Source of the DNA: Lama glama
Taxonomy: Eukaryota
Length of the DNA stretch: 64,000 nt
Direction of reading: 5' to 3'
Assembly (NCBI GenBank): GCA_028534125.1
Contig: CM052817.1
Coordinates: 97,280,001-97,344,000, forward strand
Shown: positions 1-13,150 of the stretch, piece by piece
How positions within the stretch are numbered: the first letter of the stretch is position 1
How the letters are laid out: each line of letters begins with the position of its first letter
Notes under the pieces: model-generated
Told to the model about the DNA's origin: nothing
Database searches by the model: none
What the model saw: the letters and a program-made list of their open reading frames with translations, nothing else
Program-made: the position numbers and the translations under genes

Positions 1-715
1 GAATGAGTGAACAGTAAGAAGAGATGACAAAAAAGTCTAGTGTGAGTCAGATCATGTAAAGCCTTGAGGATCACGTTTAAGACTTTGAGTGAGATGCGAA
101 GCCATTGGCCTGGAGAGCTTCGAACAGAAAAATGACTTGATGGGATGTAACTTTAATTGGATCGCTCTGGCTGCTGTGCAGAAAACTGACTGCACAGGAA
201 CTAAGGACAGAAGCAAGGAGACTGGGGTGGGAGGCTGTCCCTATAATCTAGGGGAAGATGATGGCAGGTTGGGTTAGAGAGGGAGCAGTGACAGTGATGA
301 AAAGTGGTCAGGCTCTAGAGGAATTCTGAATGTAGGGTTGCTAGAATTTGCTGACAGATCTGTGATCAAGGGGAGTTAAAGATGCATTAAGATTGTCAAA
401 AACTGAACTGCCATGAATTAAAATGGAGACCATGTGGCTGATGGGGAATTACCCCAGCTCAGCCTTCGACAGGCTACGTTTGAGACAGCTGAGAGGTGTC
501 TAAGTGAAAGTGCCAAGGGGGCAGTTAAATACACAGGTCTGGAGTTCTGGAGAGGTCTGGGCTGGAGATGGCATCAGCCTGTGGTCATGATTTTAAGTCG
601 TGAGACTGTGTGAGACCATACAGAGACTGGAAAGAGAAGAGGTCTGAGGACTGAGTCATGGGTCACTGGAAACATCCAGACAAAGTAGAAGGAGACTCAC
701 TGAAGACTGACTGGA
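1..715 (-). mobile_element. L2 LINE fragment
   Basis: Degenerate L2 antisense motifs (gagatgcgaagccattgg, ctctggctgctgtg, gaatttgctgacagat, caggtctggagttctggagaggtctgggctggagat). Confidence 0.75.
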
Positions 716-1099
716 CCATCACACTCCTTTGGTTGAGAATTACTAAGTAAACTGCAGCAAATACCAATAAAAGTAATGTGTATTACCTAATGGTATTAAA
801 GTAATTTAACCTAGAGCACATTCTCAGTAACATGATGGTAAATCTTAGTAGTGATGATCACAATAAAACAACAGTCATAGAACAGGGAAATCTATCCAAG
901 TGAAGAAAGGAAACTCCACCATTATAATAATCAAAGGACTTCCTAAAAAAACTGAAGGCTCTTAGTGAATGGAGGTAGGGGTGGATAATTACATAAAGGC
1001 AATCAATATCCATGGTAAAGACTAAAGTCAATTAGAAGAACATTTCACAGAATCCTAAGACGTTGCTACTTTAAAAATAAGATTTTAAGGCCCTCTTAT

Positions 1100-1250
1100 A
1101 GCACCATCTTATTTAAACCTTACAACAACCCTATGACATATGTAAGGCAATTATTACTGCTATTATTCACAAGAAGAAACTCATGCTAGAACTGGTCAAG
1201 TGACTTCCCAAAAAAGGTGGAGCTGGAAGCAGAATTCAGTAAGTCTGACA
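1100..1250 (-). mobile_element. MIR SINE fragment
   Basis: cttacaacaaccctatga ... gaagaaactcatgct ... tcaagtgacttccc resembles the reverse complement of the MIR core. Confidence 0.6.
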
Positions 1251-4200
1251 ATGAGGCTTTTCTGAACATCAATTTGCAATATAATTTACAGATGGTCCCA
1301 CAGGACACTGAAAAGTGCTCTTTGGAAACAATAAGCAAAGAAACATTCCTTGAATGAGGCACACTCTACATTATCACCCACCGGCAACCAGCATTATATG
1401 CCTTTTTTCCCATGGTGTGAAATGAAATACAAAACCAAAGATTTCATCGATAACTCACAATGAATTGAATAAACTTTAACTTCCAAAGAAATAACTAAAT
1501 GTCATTTTAATTGGTTTCATTTCAGCAAGTGTTTACTGGGGACCTACTATGTGTGCAAAGCCACGAAACATTTGCATAAGGGACTGGGGTAGTCTATAGT
1601 TCTTTCCATTTCTGTGAACCTATGTGACAGTTTCTTCATTGTAGGCATACAAGAATGCATAAGAAATGCCTGCCGTCTTATGAACACACTAGAAGATTCA
1701 AAAACAGACTCCTAAAAGCTAGGATTGCTCTATAAGGATTTTTTTTTAATGAATACCTTTAAAAAGTCCATGTTACTGTAACAACTGCAAAAAATTTCCT
1801 TCCAGGTACTGCATCTAAAACAGTATAGCTGGTTTCTACCAAACGGTGTGGCCACAGTCACCAATTCATCTTCCACTAACAGGGCGGGAGAGTTGTAAGG
1901 GACCGCTGCAGGGATATATCACACCAGTCTTGGGACAAATCTCAGTCATGTGTATTTTTGTTGTGTAAACATTAAAAGATTTAAATTGCACTTACACAAA
2001 TAGGTCATGTGTGTCCCATCTCTCATCCATATTGACAAATAGAAATAACAACAACCAAAAAACCACGATGAAAACAAGAGAATGCATTTAGAAGACATAA
2101 AAAACTTTTGATCATGTTCTTTTTAAATACAGTGCTCTCCTAGTGTAAAAATAGCTAATTCAGAATAAGTCGCATTCCAGGCTTTTCGGGGTACGTAATT
2201 TTCTACTGTAATGTTAACATAGGGCAGACAACCAGAACGCTGGGCACCGGACAGTGGACGCGTTGAACGACAAGCTAAGAAACTCATTTTATTCACCAGG
2301 TGATGAGATTCTTGCTACAGGCTGTGAAGTCCAGAGCTGTACTGCAGAAACATTCATCTGAAGGTGATGTACCAGGTAGGTAGAATGGCAGCAGGAAATA
2401 CTACTAATAGTCTACTTGAACGTTCTCAGAGATGGACTTCACGCAAGTAAATAGCTATATATTAGAGTAGTAACCACAGGAATGATCCTGTGGTTCAAAA
2501 ATATGTCAGGGGTAAAGGAAACAAAGATTTATCTCTCATTCAAGTTGCACGTCCATTAGGGGAAGAATTCTAGTTCTAGTAGGGGCAGAACAGCTTCAAT
2601 TTGACAAACTTCCTACATATAACAATTATAAATAATCCACAAAAGGGGAAGGGAAAGATTTAAAGGCACTGGGGGAGGCAAGATGCAATCAAATCAGGCA
2701 GAAACTGGAGGAAAACTGACTCCTGAGAAAAGAGAATCACCCTGAACATGATTCATGTTTGAATGGCCTTTTTTCCTGAGGGTCTTGGACTGCTACTCCC
2801 TTCAGTGGAGTCTGGATAGAAACCGAGCAAAATCCTCAATCTTACTGACCTGAGAAGGCAGAGAACAGACTCTGGACTTGGGGGACAGCTAGAAATTAAA
2901 GAAGGGTAAGTATTTTGGAAAAGAAAATATCATGAGGGGTGGACATATGGGCTTCCCTCAAATTTTTGGCTGACCTCTGAACCAAGCATGAGGCTCCAAA
3001 GAGTCCAGGGGTGAAACAATTTAAGGCTTGAAATCACTGAGCAGGTAGTTCAGCTACTGCCAATTACAGGGAGACAGAGGTCAAATCTCACTAAATTAGA
3101 AGGACTCAATAAATACCAGGCTTCTCATTGAAATTCTAAAAGGTTCCTGCCTTAGGAGGAAATACTGTGTCCTAGAATTAAGGCATTTACCTTAGGGTTA
3201 AATGCACAACCAAAACAGACCTACCCTAAAAAGACATAAAGCAAAAGCCCTATATATTCAGAGTGATCTGTCAGTCATTTAACTGACTACTAGAACAAAA
3301 TTCAGTATTCTTCAGAGAAATACAACAGAATCTGGAGTTTCCAGAATGTCTAGAGTATAATGATAATTACTAGAACAAAACAGAAAAATGCAAATCAGAG
3401 TTAATAGAAAACTTAGCCAATAGAAACAGATTCACAAATGACCTAGAGGTTGAAATGACCAGACAAGGATTTTTAAATTGATATGTTAGACTGTAAAAGA
3501 AAATATGGATAAAAGAGGTGAAGAAATGGAGACCCTCAGAAGAGACTTGGAAACTATAACAACAACATAATGGAAATAAAAAAACTACAAAATACAGTAT
3601 CTAAGATAAAACATGTTTGCTTGGAATTAATAATGCACTGGGCACTAACAAAAATTCAGTGAAATTAAAGAAATACACATCATAAAAACTGAAACTCTAA
3701 GAGAGACAAATTAAAAGATAAAACAAGGAACCAATGGCCTGTGGGACAGCATTAAGTAATTTAACACATGTGTAGTTGGAGCCCTCGAGGAAAGTAGAGA
3801 GAGAATAGGTCAGAAAAAAAAAATATATAAAAATTTCCAAATTTGACTAAAACAACAACCTACAAATCTAGAAAGCTTAGCAAATGCCCCAAAAGATAAA
3901 TACAAAGAAAACCACTAAGGCACAACATAGTTAAATTGATGAAAAATAAATATAAAAATTCTTAAAAGCAACCAGGACAGCAGCAATAAAAATTACACTG
4001 TATAAAGGGGAACAAGGATTAAGAGTAATAACTGATTCTTTATAAAAATAATTGAGGCCAGATGACAACATACAAGATCTTTAAAGACCACCAATCCAGA
4101 ATAACCAATGGGAACGTTTCTCAAAATGAAGGTAAAATAAAGACACTTTTGGATAAACTAAAGCTAAGAGAATTTATTGCTAGTAGAATCACATTACAAG

Positions 4201-4499
4201 AAATAAAAAAAGTTCTTTATGCTGAAAGGAAATGATACAAGAGAGAAATCTGGGTGTACAGAAAAAAAAACACTAGAAATGATAAGTAGATAGTAAAACT
4301 TAAAAATTTTTCTTTCTTTTTAACAATTCTTCAAAAGCTAAATGACTGTTTAAAGTGAAAGTTAAAACATAGCAGAAAAAATAGAAAGTGATATAAATGA
4401 AATTCTACTGCTGTTAAGTCTCTTACATTACATTGAAATGGTATAAATTATTCAGGGTAGACTATGACAAGTTAAGAGTATATTCCGTAATCCCTAGAG

Positions 4500-4685
4500 C
4501 AATGGTTCTCTAAGTATGGTCCTGGGCAAGTAGTATCAGCATCGCCGAAGAATTCATCAGAAATGGAAATCCATAGGTCAAGTTTCAGATCTACTAACTC
4601 AGAATTTTGGAACAGGACCTAGAAATCTGTGTTTTATCTAACCCTTCAGTTGATTCTGATGTCCATTAATCTTTGAGAAATACTG
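4500..4685. mobile_element. MER5A-like hAT-Charlie MITE nested in the old L1
   Basis: Ends caatggttctc ... tttgagaaatactg. Internal atcagcatc, tctactaactcagaatt, aatctgtgtttt, tgattctgatg. Confidence 0.8.
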
Positions 4686-5210
4686 CAATCTTTGAGAAAT
4701 GAAGCAATTACTAGAATAATAACACTAAATGTAGCTCAAGAGACAATAAAGGTATAAAATGCATACTGAAAATACCTGACCCAAAAAGGAGAGAAAGGGA
4801 AAAATAAAGGAGCAAATTAAAGAGGAAACACAAAGAAAACAAAACATCAAGATAAGAAATATAAACTCAACTATATCAATAGTTACACTAAATGTAAACG
4901 GTCTAAACACTACAATTAAAAATCAAAGATGGTATACTGGATTTAAAAAATGCAAGACCTAAGTGTGTTTTATGATGCATTTTAAATATAAAGGCACAGA
5001 CAGGGTGAAGGTTAAAAGACTGAAAAATATATACAATGAAAAAGGTAAGCGTAAGGAAGCTAATGTGGCTATATTACAATCAGACAAAGTATACTTCACG
5101 AGAAAAAGTATCACCAAAGATAAAGGATATCCCTTCAAAATTATTAAATCAAGATATAATAGCCCTAAATATCAACACACCTAATAGGAGACCTTCAAAA
5201 TTCATCAAGC

Positions 5211-5334
5211 CTCAAGTGGTAGAGTGTGTGCTTAGCATGCATGAGGTCCTGGGTTCAATCCCTAGTACCTCCTCTAGAAATATAATAAATAAATAAGCCT
5301 CATTACCCCCCCCAAATTAAATAAATAAATATAC
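5211..5334 (+). mobile_element. Camelid-type tRNA-derived SINE, 5'-truncated, nested in L1
   Basis: B-box GGTTCAATCC, A-rich tail, exact 15-bp TSD CAAAATTCATCAAGC at 5196-5210 and 5335-5349. Confidence 0.9.
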
Positions 5335-6109
5335 CAAAATTCATCAAGCAAAAACTGTCAGAACTAAGGGGAAAAAAGATAAATCCAAAATCACAGTTGG
5401 AGATGAAAAAAACCCCTCTCTCAGCAACCAATAGAACAACCACTGCCCAGAAAAACTAGGAGGATACAGAAGATTTGAACAGTATTATCAAACACTTTGA
5501 CCTAATTAACATTTAGGTCACACAACTGCATAACATACATGTTCTTTTCAAGTGCACATGAAATATTCACTAAGATAGACTACATCTTGACCCATAAAAC
5601 AGGTCTAAAATTCTAAAAGGACTGAAATCATATACAATGTGTTTTCTGACCATAAGGACTAAATTAGAAATCACTGACAAAATGATATCGAGAAAAGCCC
5701 CACATTTGAAAATTAAGCAACATACTTCCAAAAATTTATGGGTCAATGAAGGAATCACAAGGAAATTACTGAATATTTCAAACTGAATGATAATGAAAAT
5801 TTAACCTATCAAAATTACATCTAAAGCAGTATTTACAGGAAAATTTTTAGCTTTATATATTTATATTAGAAAAGAAGAAGTATTTAAAATTCACAATCTA
5901 AAATTCTACCTTAAGAAGCTAGAAAAAAAACACAAACTAAAAAGGCAAATAGAAGGAAAAACAACTGTGTAGAAATCAATGATAAGGAAAAAAGACAAGC
6001 AGTAGAGAAAAATCAACAAAGCTAAAAGTTGTGGGCTTTTTGGTAAAGATTAATTAATCAGGCAACAGCAGATAGGCTGAGAATTCTGTTCCATGCCATC
6101 TCACCCTGG

Positions 6110-6340
6110 GCCCCAGGGAGATGCAGCAGCCACCACAGTGATGTTGTGAGTCTCATGGCAGAGGAGAGCTGTAGCACCTGACTTAGGAAATCTAATTCCC
6201 CAGCCCAGAGCGGGCAACTCACTCTTCATTACTCAGATTTAGTCCAATGATCTACCCAATCACAAGGGATGTCATCTTACCATGTGCCCAGAAGGCCAAG
6301 AGCTGGACATACATGTGGAACTTCAATGAAGACTATCTCC
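6110..6340 (-). mobile_element. MLT1-like (ERVL-MaLR) LTR fragment
   Basis: aatcacaaggga...ttaccatgtgcccagaagg...aatgaagacta resembles an antisense old MLT1 LTR. Confidence 0.5.
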
Positions 6341-6759
6341 GCAAAGGGGAAACTTAACACAAAATTCAGCCTCCATATAAGTTCCTCTCAGAAGTATTAA
6401 ACCATTTACATTACTGCTTTTGGGGGGACAAGTTAATTTTAATAAAGTTGAGCACCTTTTCCATAAACACCTAAACTTTCCAAAACATTATTGACAAGCT
6501 ATCAGCATCTAATATATTTTTTAAGAAAAAGTAACATCAATGGGCTATTTCAATAAAGGATGTAATCCAGTTGCCAACCCCACCTCTGAGTCCCCGAACC
6601 TTCAATTTATTTTATCAACGTCATTTCTTTATACTTGGGCTGGTCCCAGAGAAGAAAATACAGATTGGGTGACATATGGATCCTGCCTCAAAGCATCAGT
6701 AATGCTAGAGTGGAAAAGGTGGAAACATGAAAGGCAGCAGGGAGAAGATACAGTGAGTG

Positions 6760-6978
6760 GGAAGGGCACAACTCTGTAACCAAATAAAACCAGGTTCTAA
6801 TCCTACCTCGGTCAACAGGGAATTATGAGATTCTTGGCCAAGTTACCAAATGGTTCTGAGCCTCAGCTTCCTGATTCTATGAAATGGACACAGTAATGCC
6901 TACTTTGTAGGTTGTTGGATGGATTCAAATTATTACATATAACAAGCAGCACAAAGCCTGGCCTGAGGTAAGGACTCA
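6760..6978 (+). mobile_element. MIR SINE
   Basis: ggttctaatcctacctc...ttggccaagttacc...ctgagcctcagcttcctgattctatgaaatgg...gtaggttgttgg. Confidence 0.7.
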
Positions 6979-6999
6979 AAAAAAAAAAAAAAGGTGAAT

Positions 7000-7094
7000 G
7001 GGAGGGGGTAGAGTGCATGCCTAGCTTTATGACATCCTGGGTTCAATCCCCAGTACCTCCACTATACAAACAAACAAACAAACCTAAAAAAAAA
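7000..7094 (+). mobile_element. Camelid-type tRNA-derived SINE, internally deleted
   Basis: gtagagtgcatgcctagc...cctgggttcaatccccagtacctcc followed by (CAAA)n and a poly(A) tail. Confidence 0.85.
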
Positions 7095-7722
7095 GTGATA
7101 GTTATTATCCATCATCTATTTGATTAGCCCAGTCCTGGAAAAAAAAAAAGTGTAAGAAAATCCAAAGAAAAAACACAGTCAACTCTTAACTAAATATAAG
7201 TAAGTAAAGAATTTCCTGTGGGAGTGACTATGACCACTGAATTAGGAAGGCTTCTAGATGAAAAGGGTCTACTTGATACACGGTAAATACCACTCAGCTC
7301 TGATTTCATCTTTAAGCCTTAACTTTTTCTAAGTGTTGACAAGGATATGAGAGTGGTGAACTGTATCCTTAAGGTAGACACAGCACAAAAAGTCGGGACT
7401 CTCTGATCTGTTTGCAACTCAGCTAAGAATTTGAGTCTAGCACCCACGTCTGTGGGAGTAGTGTAAGATGCTGGGAACTTACAGCTTCCTTGTATTTTGT
7501 TCCTCATCTCCCCTGTCTGTTTTCCATTACAACTTAATATCCAAACTCCTAAAAGTCAGTGGGCTCACGTGTTCAGGGGCAGAAGGAAAGGTGAATCTGG
7601 GAGACCGAATTCCATTTGGCCAGGTGGGAGTAGCAGATATCTAGGGTCCAGCAGGTTGAGGATCAAGACCCTTACAAAGAAGAAAAAGAGATTCTGAGGT
7701 TTAAATCTAATTAGAGTTCCTA

Positions 7723-8310
7723 GCTCTAATTCAAAAAGATACATGCACCCCAATGTTCACAGCAGCACTATATACAACATCCAAGGCATGGAAACAATCT
7801 AAATGTCCATCTGCAGATGACTGGATAAAGGAGATGTGGTATATTTATACAATGGAATACTACTCAGCCATAAAATATGAATAAAATAATATCATTTGCA
7901 GCCACATGGATGGACCTAAGTGAAGTAAGCCATAAAGAGAAAGAAAAATACCATATGATATCACTCACACGTGGAATCTTAAAAAAAGAAAAGAGGACAC
8001 TAATGAATTCATCTACAAGACAGAAACAGACTCGCAGACATAGTGAACAATCTCATGGTTACCAAGGGGAAGGGGATGGGAAGGGATAAATTTGGGAAAT
8101 GTTAGCCACTATATATAAAAATAGATTTAAATAACCAAGTTTCTTCTGTATAGCACAAATAACTATATTCAATATCTTGTAGTAACCTTTAATGAAAAAG
8201 AATATGAAAATGAATATATGTATGTATATGCATGACTGGGACATTGTGCTGTACACCAGAAATTGACACATTGTAACTGACTGTACTTCAATAAACACAT
8301 AAAATAAAAT
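7723..8310 (+). mobile_element. Young L1 3' end (ORF2 tail and 3'UTR)
   Basis: Closely matches 25595-26205 of the larger L1 in this window. Ends tgactgtacttcaataaa plus an A-rich tail. Confidence 0.9.
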
Positions 8311-8789
8311 GCGTTCCCAGACCATGACTTAATTCCATTTAGCAAAGATGATGAAGAGGTCAGCAGGCTATAAAGAGGCAAAATGCGGTCCATTCCTTCC
8401 AAGACCCTTATGTTCCAAAGGCTGGGAAGATGTTAATGATTAAGGGAAATCATACGGGGCTCCTGTAGTGTGACTTTAAAGGGGAAAGCGATTATACTTG
8501 AGCTGGGGAGATGAGGACGGTTCTATGGAAGAAGAAAGCATCTAAGGTGAGCCTTGAAGAATGTTGCGGATTGGGAACAGGACAGACACACAGGCATCCC
8601 AAGCAAGGGCCGACCACAGGGAGAGGCAGCGAGTGCCTGGCCTGGCTGGCTGAAGCCCGGGGAGGCAGGGGCACAGACGAGGAGCAGGCAACAGCTACAC
8701 ACTCTGGTGACCAGAGGACGTCCGGGGCTGCCAAGGCCATGTGGGCTCCTGGGCCCTCTCTTCCCTTTTGGTTTCACACCCACACAAGC

Positions 8790-9750
8790 ACCCACCTGAA
8801 TTGAATGTCTGACACTTCAAACCAAGCTTAACATCCCTGCCCTACACAGAGCCCCCTTCCAACCTTTTCTCTTCCTTATCCTTAAAGCTACAACCAAGCG
8901 TCACAGCTAAAAGCCCCGGGTCATCCTTGATTGACACCCCATCCCTGAAATGCTCTGCACTCAATTGATCCCAGTGTCCTGAAGACCCTCTCCCCCTGCT
9001 GCCAAGCTTCTCTGGAATCCTGTCCAAGTTCACCAGTACTTTCTCCCCTTAGTTCAGGCTCTTTTGGTTAAATTTCTGAATTATGAAATTTGGACTCTTG
9101 CTTACTATTTGTGTGACCTCAGACAAGTTACTTAACCTTTCTGTCCATCAATTTCCTCTCTTGTCAAGTGGGAATTATCCAGGTGCCTATCTCATGAGTT
9201 CCCCTGAAGATTAACACAGCACACACAGCACCCAGAACGGCTGCTGGCATCCAGTGAGGCTCCGATGAATGGGGGTGTTACTGCTGTAATACTGCTATTA
9301 CCACCCACGATGGCTGTTAGCATGATTACTGCATGTTTTCATTATTATTTCAATGGACTTGTAACTAGTCTACCTGTCTCTATTATTTCCCCATGTCTAA
9401 ATCAAAGGTGTCTTCAACTTTAAAAGCTTTCTAAAAATGTTAACTCTGACATAGACCTCAATCTGTTAAAAGAGGAAAAGAAGAGCTACCCTGGTTGAAA
9501 TGAACGTAAGAGACCTCCCTGGTCCCTTTGAACCTGCCCCCACTTTGAACCTGTCAGTGGCCCAGGCAGCATCCCACTGGACCACCAGGGCTCCTCTGAG
9601 CAGCCATCCCCAGCCCCAAGCCTCTCATCCTCCGTACAGCCTGCACAGTGATACTTCTGAATTACAAATCCAACTGTCTCATCTACCTGGTGAGAGGCCT
9701 CTGAGGGCCCTTCACTACCTAAACTCTCAAGTCCAAATCCTTACACACCT
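8790..9750 (+). mobile_element. L2 fragments interrupted by a MIR (about 9085-9290)
   Basis: L2-like tgaatgtctgacacttcaaaccaagc, gggtcatccttgattgac, caagtccaaatccttacac. MIR core gtgtgacctcagacaagttacttaacctttctgt. Confidence 0.6.
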
Positions 9751-10598
9751 TATTCAAAGTAACACAGAGCCACCGGAGCCCAAGGAAGGGAGGTGGGCAG
9801 GTGGGCAGAGCTCGGAGATGTGCTTAGTAAAACTTAACTGCCATTTCGGGAAAAGTAAGCAAAGCCTGGATCAGAGGCATTCGATACAGTAACACTGGAT
9901 CGTTATTTTTACTGGTGTTCTTACTACTGGTGTTACATATCACTGGGGTGAAAGACAATATATGTTGAGGCTTATTTTGACAAAGTGGAAAAACTCAGAA
10001 GATTGGTCACTCTGCGTATCTGTGCCTGTTCACACGTACAGACACGTAGGCCAGTCCTGACCCACAAACAGCGTCCTCAGAGACATCCTCAGGCTGCAGC
10101 CGGGGCATGCAGTGTGCAGCCAGCAGGTCTCTGCCTGGCAGACCCTCTCTGGAGCTCGGCCCTAGGCTAGGGGAGCCCCTGATGCACACCTTCCCCATCA
10201 GCTCTTCTTCTGACCTCGGGAAGGAGTCCTATTTCTGCTTTCCTCTGGCTCCACTGACTGCATATTCAGCGACATCTATGGAGACACACACCTCTTTCAA
10301 GTCCCCAGCAATGTTCTGTGCCTCCAACGACACCATCCGGAAAAAATTCTCTTCTTTTTCTCCCATGTGGGAGTTAAGACATAAGCATGGCCGATCATCA
10401 AGGTAGTTCCCTTTTATCAAGTAGAATAATAAACTTCTCAGGTCAAATTAGATATGGAAAGAACCATGTTCTACAAGCTCTAAAACCACAGTGAACACCT
10501 ACAAACACCTTTTAGAATCTTTAAAGAAAGATGCAGGGAGAAGGAGGTGGTTGAACTTGATTTTATGAGCAGGCATTCATCCAGGCAGGGAAGTAAAG

Positions 10599-11106
10599 TG
10601 ATTTTTAGACTGAAGAGAATGCTCCAAATTCTACACCTACATCTTGAAAAAATGACTTCTTATCATACCAGTCATTGACATTTGGCCCTGCCCAGGACCC
10701 CAGATCCCTCTCCATCCCCGCTGAGAAGCTGCGCCTGGGGCCTCAGACTGGGCAAACCAGAGGGGACCCTTCTGCCCCCACCCCCAGCCCCCGCAGGGGT
10801 GTTTCCCTCCAGGTGGAGACAGCTCCATGGCGCCACACTTCACACCTCTCTCCAGCTCCTTTACTCACTCTGCCTCCACTAGTAAGTCTGAGAAGAATAA
10901 ATCTGACTTGCTTGCCTCAGCACCACTCTCTTCCTCTTGGTGGCGGGGGGGGGGGATCCCCCAGGGAGCAGGTGCTGGTTCCAGTTGTGGGGCGCTCGCC
11001 CTGATCCAGCACTGCCTGTCTCTGTATCTAATTTGGGGGGTTCAGGGAGCAGGGCCCTCCCCCTCCCTTTTTGTTCTTACTACTAAGCAAGCCATATCTT
11101 TCAACA
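10599..11106 (+). mobile_element. Possible old ERVL-type LTR
   Basis: GC-rich block with TG...CA ends and AATAAA (gaataaatctgacttgc) about two-thirds along. No clear TSD and family not identified. Confidence 0.3.
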
Positions 11107-12969
11107 TATTTACCACCCCTCCAGAAAAGTTGGTATTTTATCTTTCACCAGCCACTGCTTTGTTTTATTTCTTGGCTTGCCCAGAATCCAGGTGGGGAAA
11201 GGCAGAGCTATTTCACAGGTCCCTGAGAGATAAGAACCCCACACAAGAGTCCCTGAGACTCAGATCTCAGCAACAGGGACAGGTACCCGGGCAGTTGTCA
11301 AGCACAAATCCTGCAACAGGAATCCTATGGTCCCCTCTGCCCACCTCCCAGAATCTCGCCTCAGGATTCCTGCCTCCCCAGATCTACAGCTTCTTAAAAG
11401 GCAGGGAACCCAGATGATGTGGTCGCTGTGGGAATCCAAATCTTAGGGTGCAAACCTCTGGACGACAGTTAAGACAAATTTTAAACCCTTTTCTCTTGTT
11501 GTTTTGTTTCCCTTTCAAAAAACAATCTGTCAAAGACATTTCACTGCAGAATCCTGTTTTCCTTTAAAAGCCTTATTTTCATGCTTACCATGTTACGTGA
11601 AATGTAATTTTCTTTTTCACACCTTGAAGCTACAAGAGAATTCAACTAAAAGGGACAGTAACATAGAATAGCTTAATAGTTATCACTATCTGAATGATAC
11701 ATTGCTCAATAATTTGTTACATGCCCAAAGCCATTAGCCAATCTGATGGTTTGTTGTTGCTGTTCATTAAAACGTGGGAACCCAGCACTTGAGCAGCGAA
11801 CCAAACTTTTTAAGAGCCTTTTTCACTGAACTACCCCGATGGCTGCTTGAGAATAACCAGATCTTACGTAGAACATAAGTGTCCCCTTTTCGAAAATGTC
11901 ATTCAATTTCAGCATCTGAAAGGCAATTTCAACAAATGCCTTTTAAAATAAACTTTTTGCTTAAATCTCTTTTTCATTTTTAGACGTCCATTTGTTGTCC
12001 TGCTGGAGGATTTTTTTTTAAAGCAGTTGACAACTGCCCAGCAACGGCAGCCTGTGTTTGCAGTCACTATTTTGGGCTACATCACATGGCACTTACATAA
12101 CCTTGTTTAACTGCTCTTGAACTGGTTCAAACAACCTGGGGAACAGATTAGGGCAGTCCCAGCAAATTCCCGCATTGCAGATTCTGATGGGCGATTTCCC
12201 ATCCCCCCACTCCCCACATCTTACAATGTTGCCTGGTGAGTAAGACGGTGTCCACCGAGAACTGGTTATTCATTACTAGAGCCAGCTAAAACATTTGATA
12301 ATTAACTTCCTCTGCTCGGTTTAAACCAGTCCAGTCTGCCCATAATAAACCAATGAACAATGATCCCCCGCTGCTGAGGTTTATGACTGAGCCTGGATTA
12401 ACAGGTTTTAAAATGCCAGAAAGGGTGGGGTGGGGGTAGGGGGGGGGTGGAACTCACTTGAGAAGTAAGTACAGGTGGCCTTTGCCACCTTTAAACACAG
12501 ATCTTTTGAAGTTATGTTTTTAGGATTCCAAGATTTTAATTTGGAAGTCAGATTGGACTTATTTTTTCCCCTGTGGTGTTTCAAGAGCTCTTCCCATGTG
12601 GGTAAGCACCAAATTCCCGGATAAACATTCTTCTCGGTGGGAAAGGTGTTAGCTTTTCATTTAAAAAAATACAAGTTCTAATTATCATGGCTTAAATTTT
12701 AGGCAGGCTGCCTATTTTAGTGAAAGATAACCAAAGAAAATATTACACGACAAAAGCCAAGCGCTATAAGCTTTTTAACCTTGAGAGACATTTATTATGA
12801 CGTGTAATAAGAAAAGACAAGCAAGTCAGAAAAGGAACAAGGAACATTTTTTTCAGGAGGAGTGACTTACATCCTCCGTGTGCGATAGCAAGCATTTAAC
12901 ATACTTGTACTTGACTATGCAAAACATCTGTTATCTAGAAAAACGAGGTTATTCAGGGCAGTGGGCAGG

Positions 12970-13150
12970 GAACTAACATTGGTTGAATTCCTACTATGTG
13001 ACAGGTGCTTTACCAATCATATAATTTAATCTTTAATTTAAAGAGCCTATAGAGGGAACTCCGTGAGATTGGTCATATTATCCCCGTTTTGCCAGTGAAG
13101 ACAGAGGCTAAACCACGTGGCTAGCTTAGCTGGGATTCATCCTTGGAACT
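12970..13150 (-). mobile_element. MIR SINE
   Basis: ctactatgtgacaggtgcttt ... ttatccccgttttgccagtgaagacagaggct ... agctgggattca. Confidence 0.65.

Larger units (their letters stand above)
2570..6060 (+). mobile_element. Old L1 (L1M-type) with decayed 5' region, ORF1 remnant and ORF2 endonuclease remnant
   Basis: A-rich. ctaaatgtaaacggtctaaac (LNVNGLN, L1 endonuclease start) near 4888. ORF 4963-5184 contains EANVAILQSDKVYF...ITKDKG, resembling L1 ORF2 endonuclease. Many stops and frameshifts. Confidence 0.85.

Noticed and set aside
1840..2100. Exon-like segment reading VPYNSPALLVEDELVTVATPF on the minus strand
   Set aside because: Weak donor, no recognisable protein, and the surroundings look like an old DNA-transposon remnant.
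10827..11417. Longest ORF in the window (196 aa)
   Set aside because: No recognisable domain. It crosses a G-run in a probable LTR remnant and is best explained as a chance GC-rich ORF.
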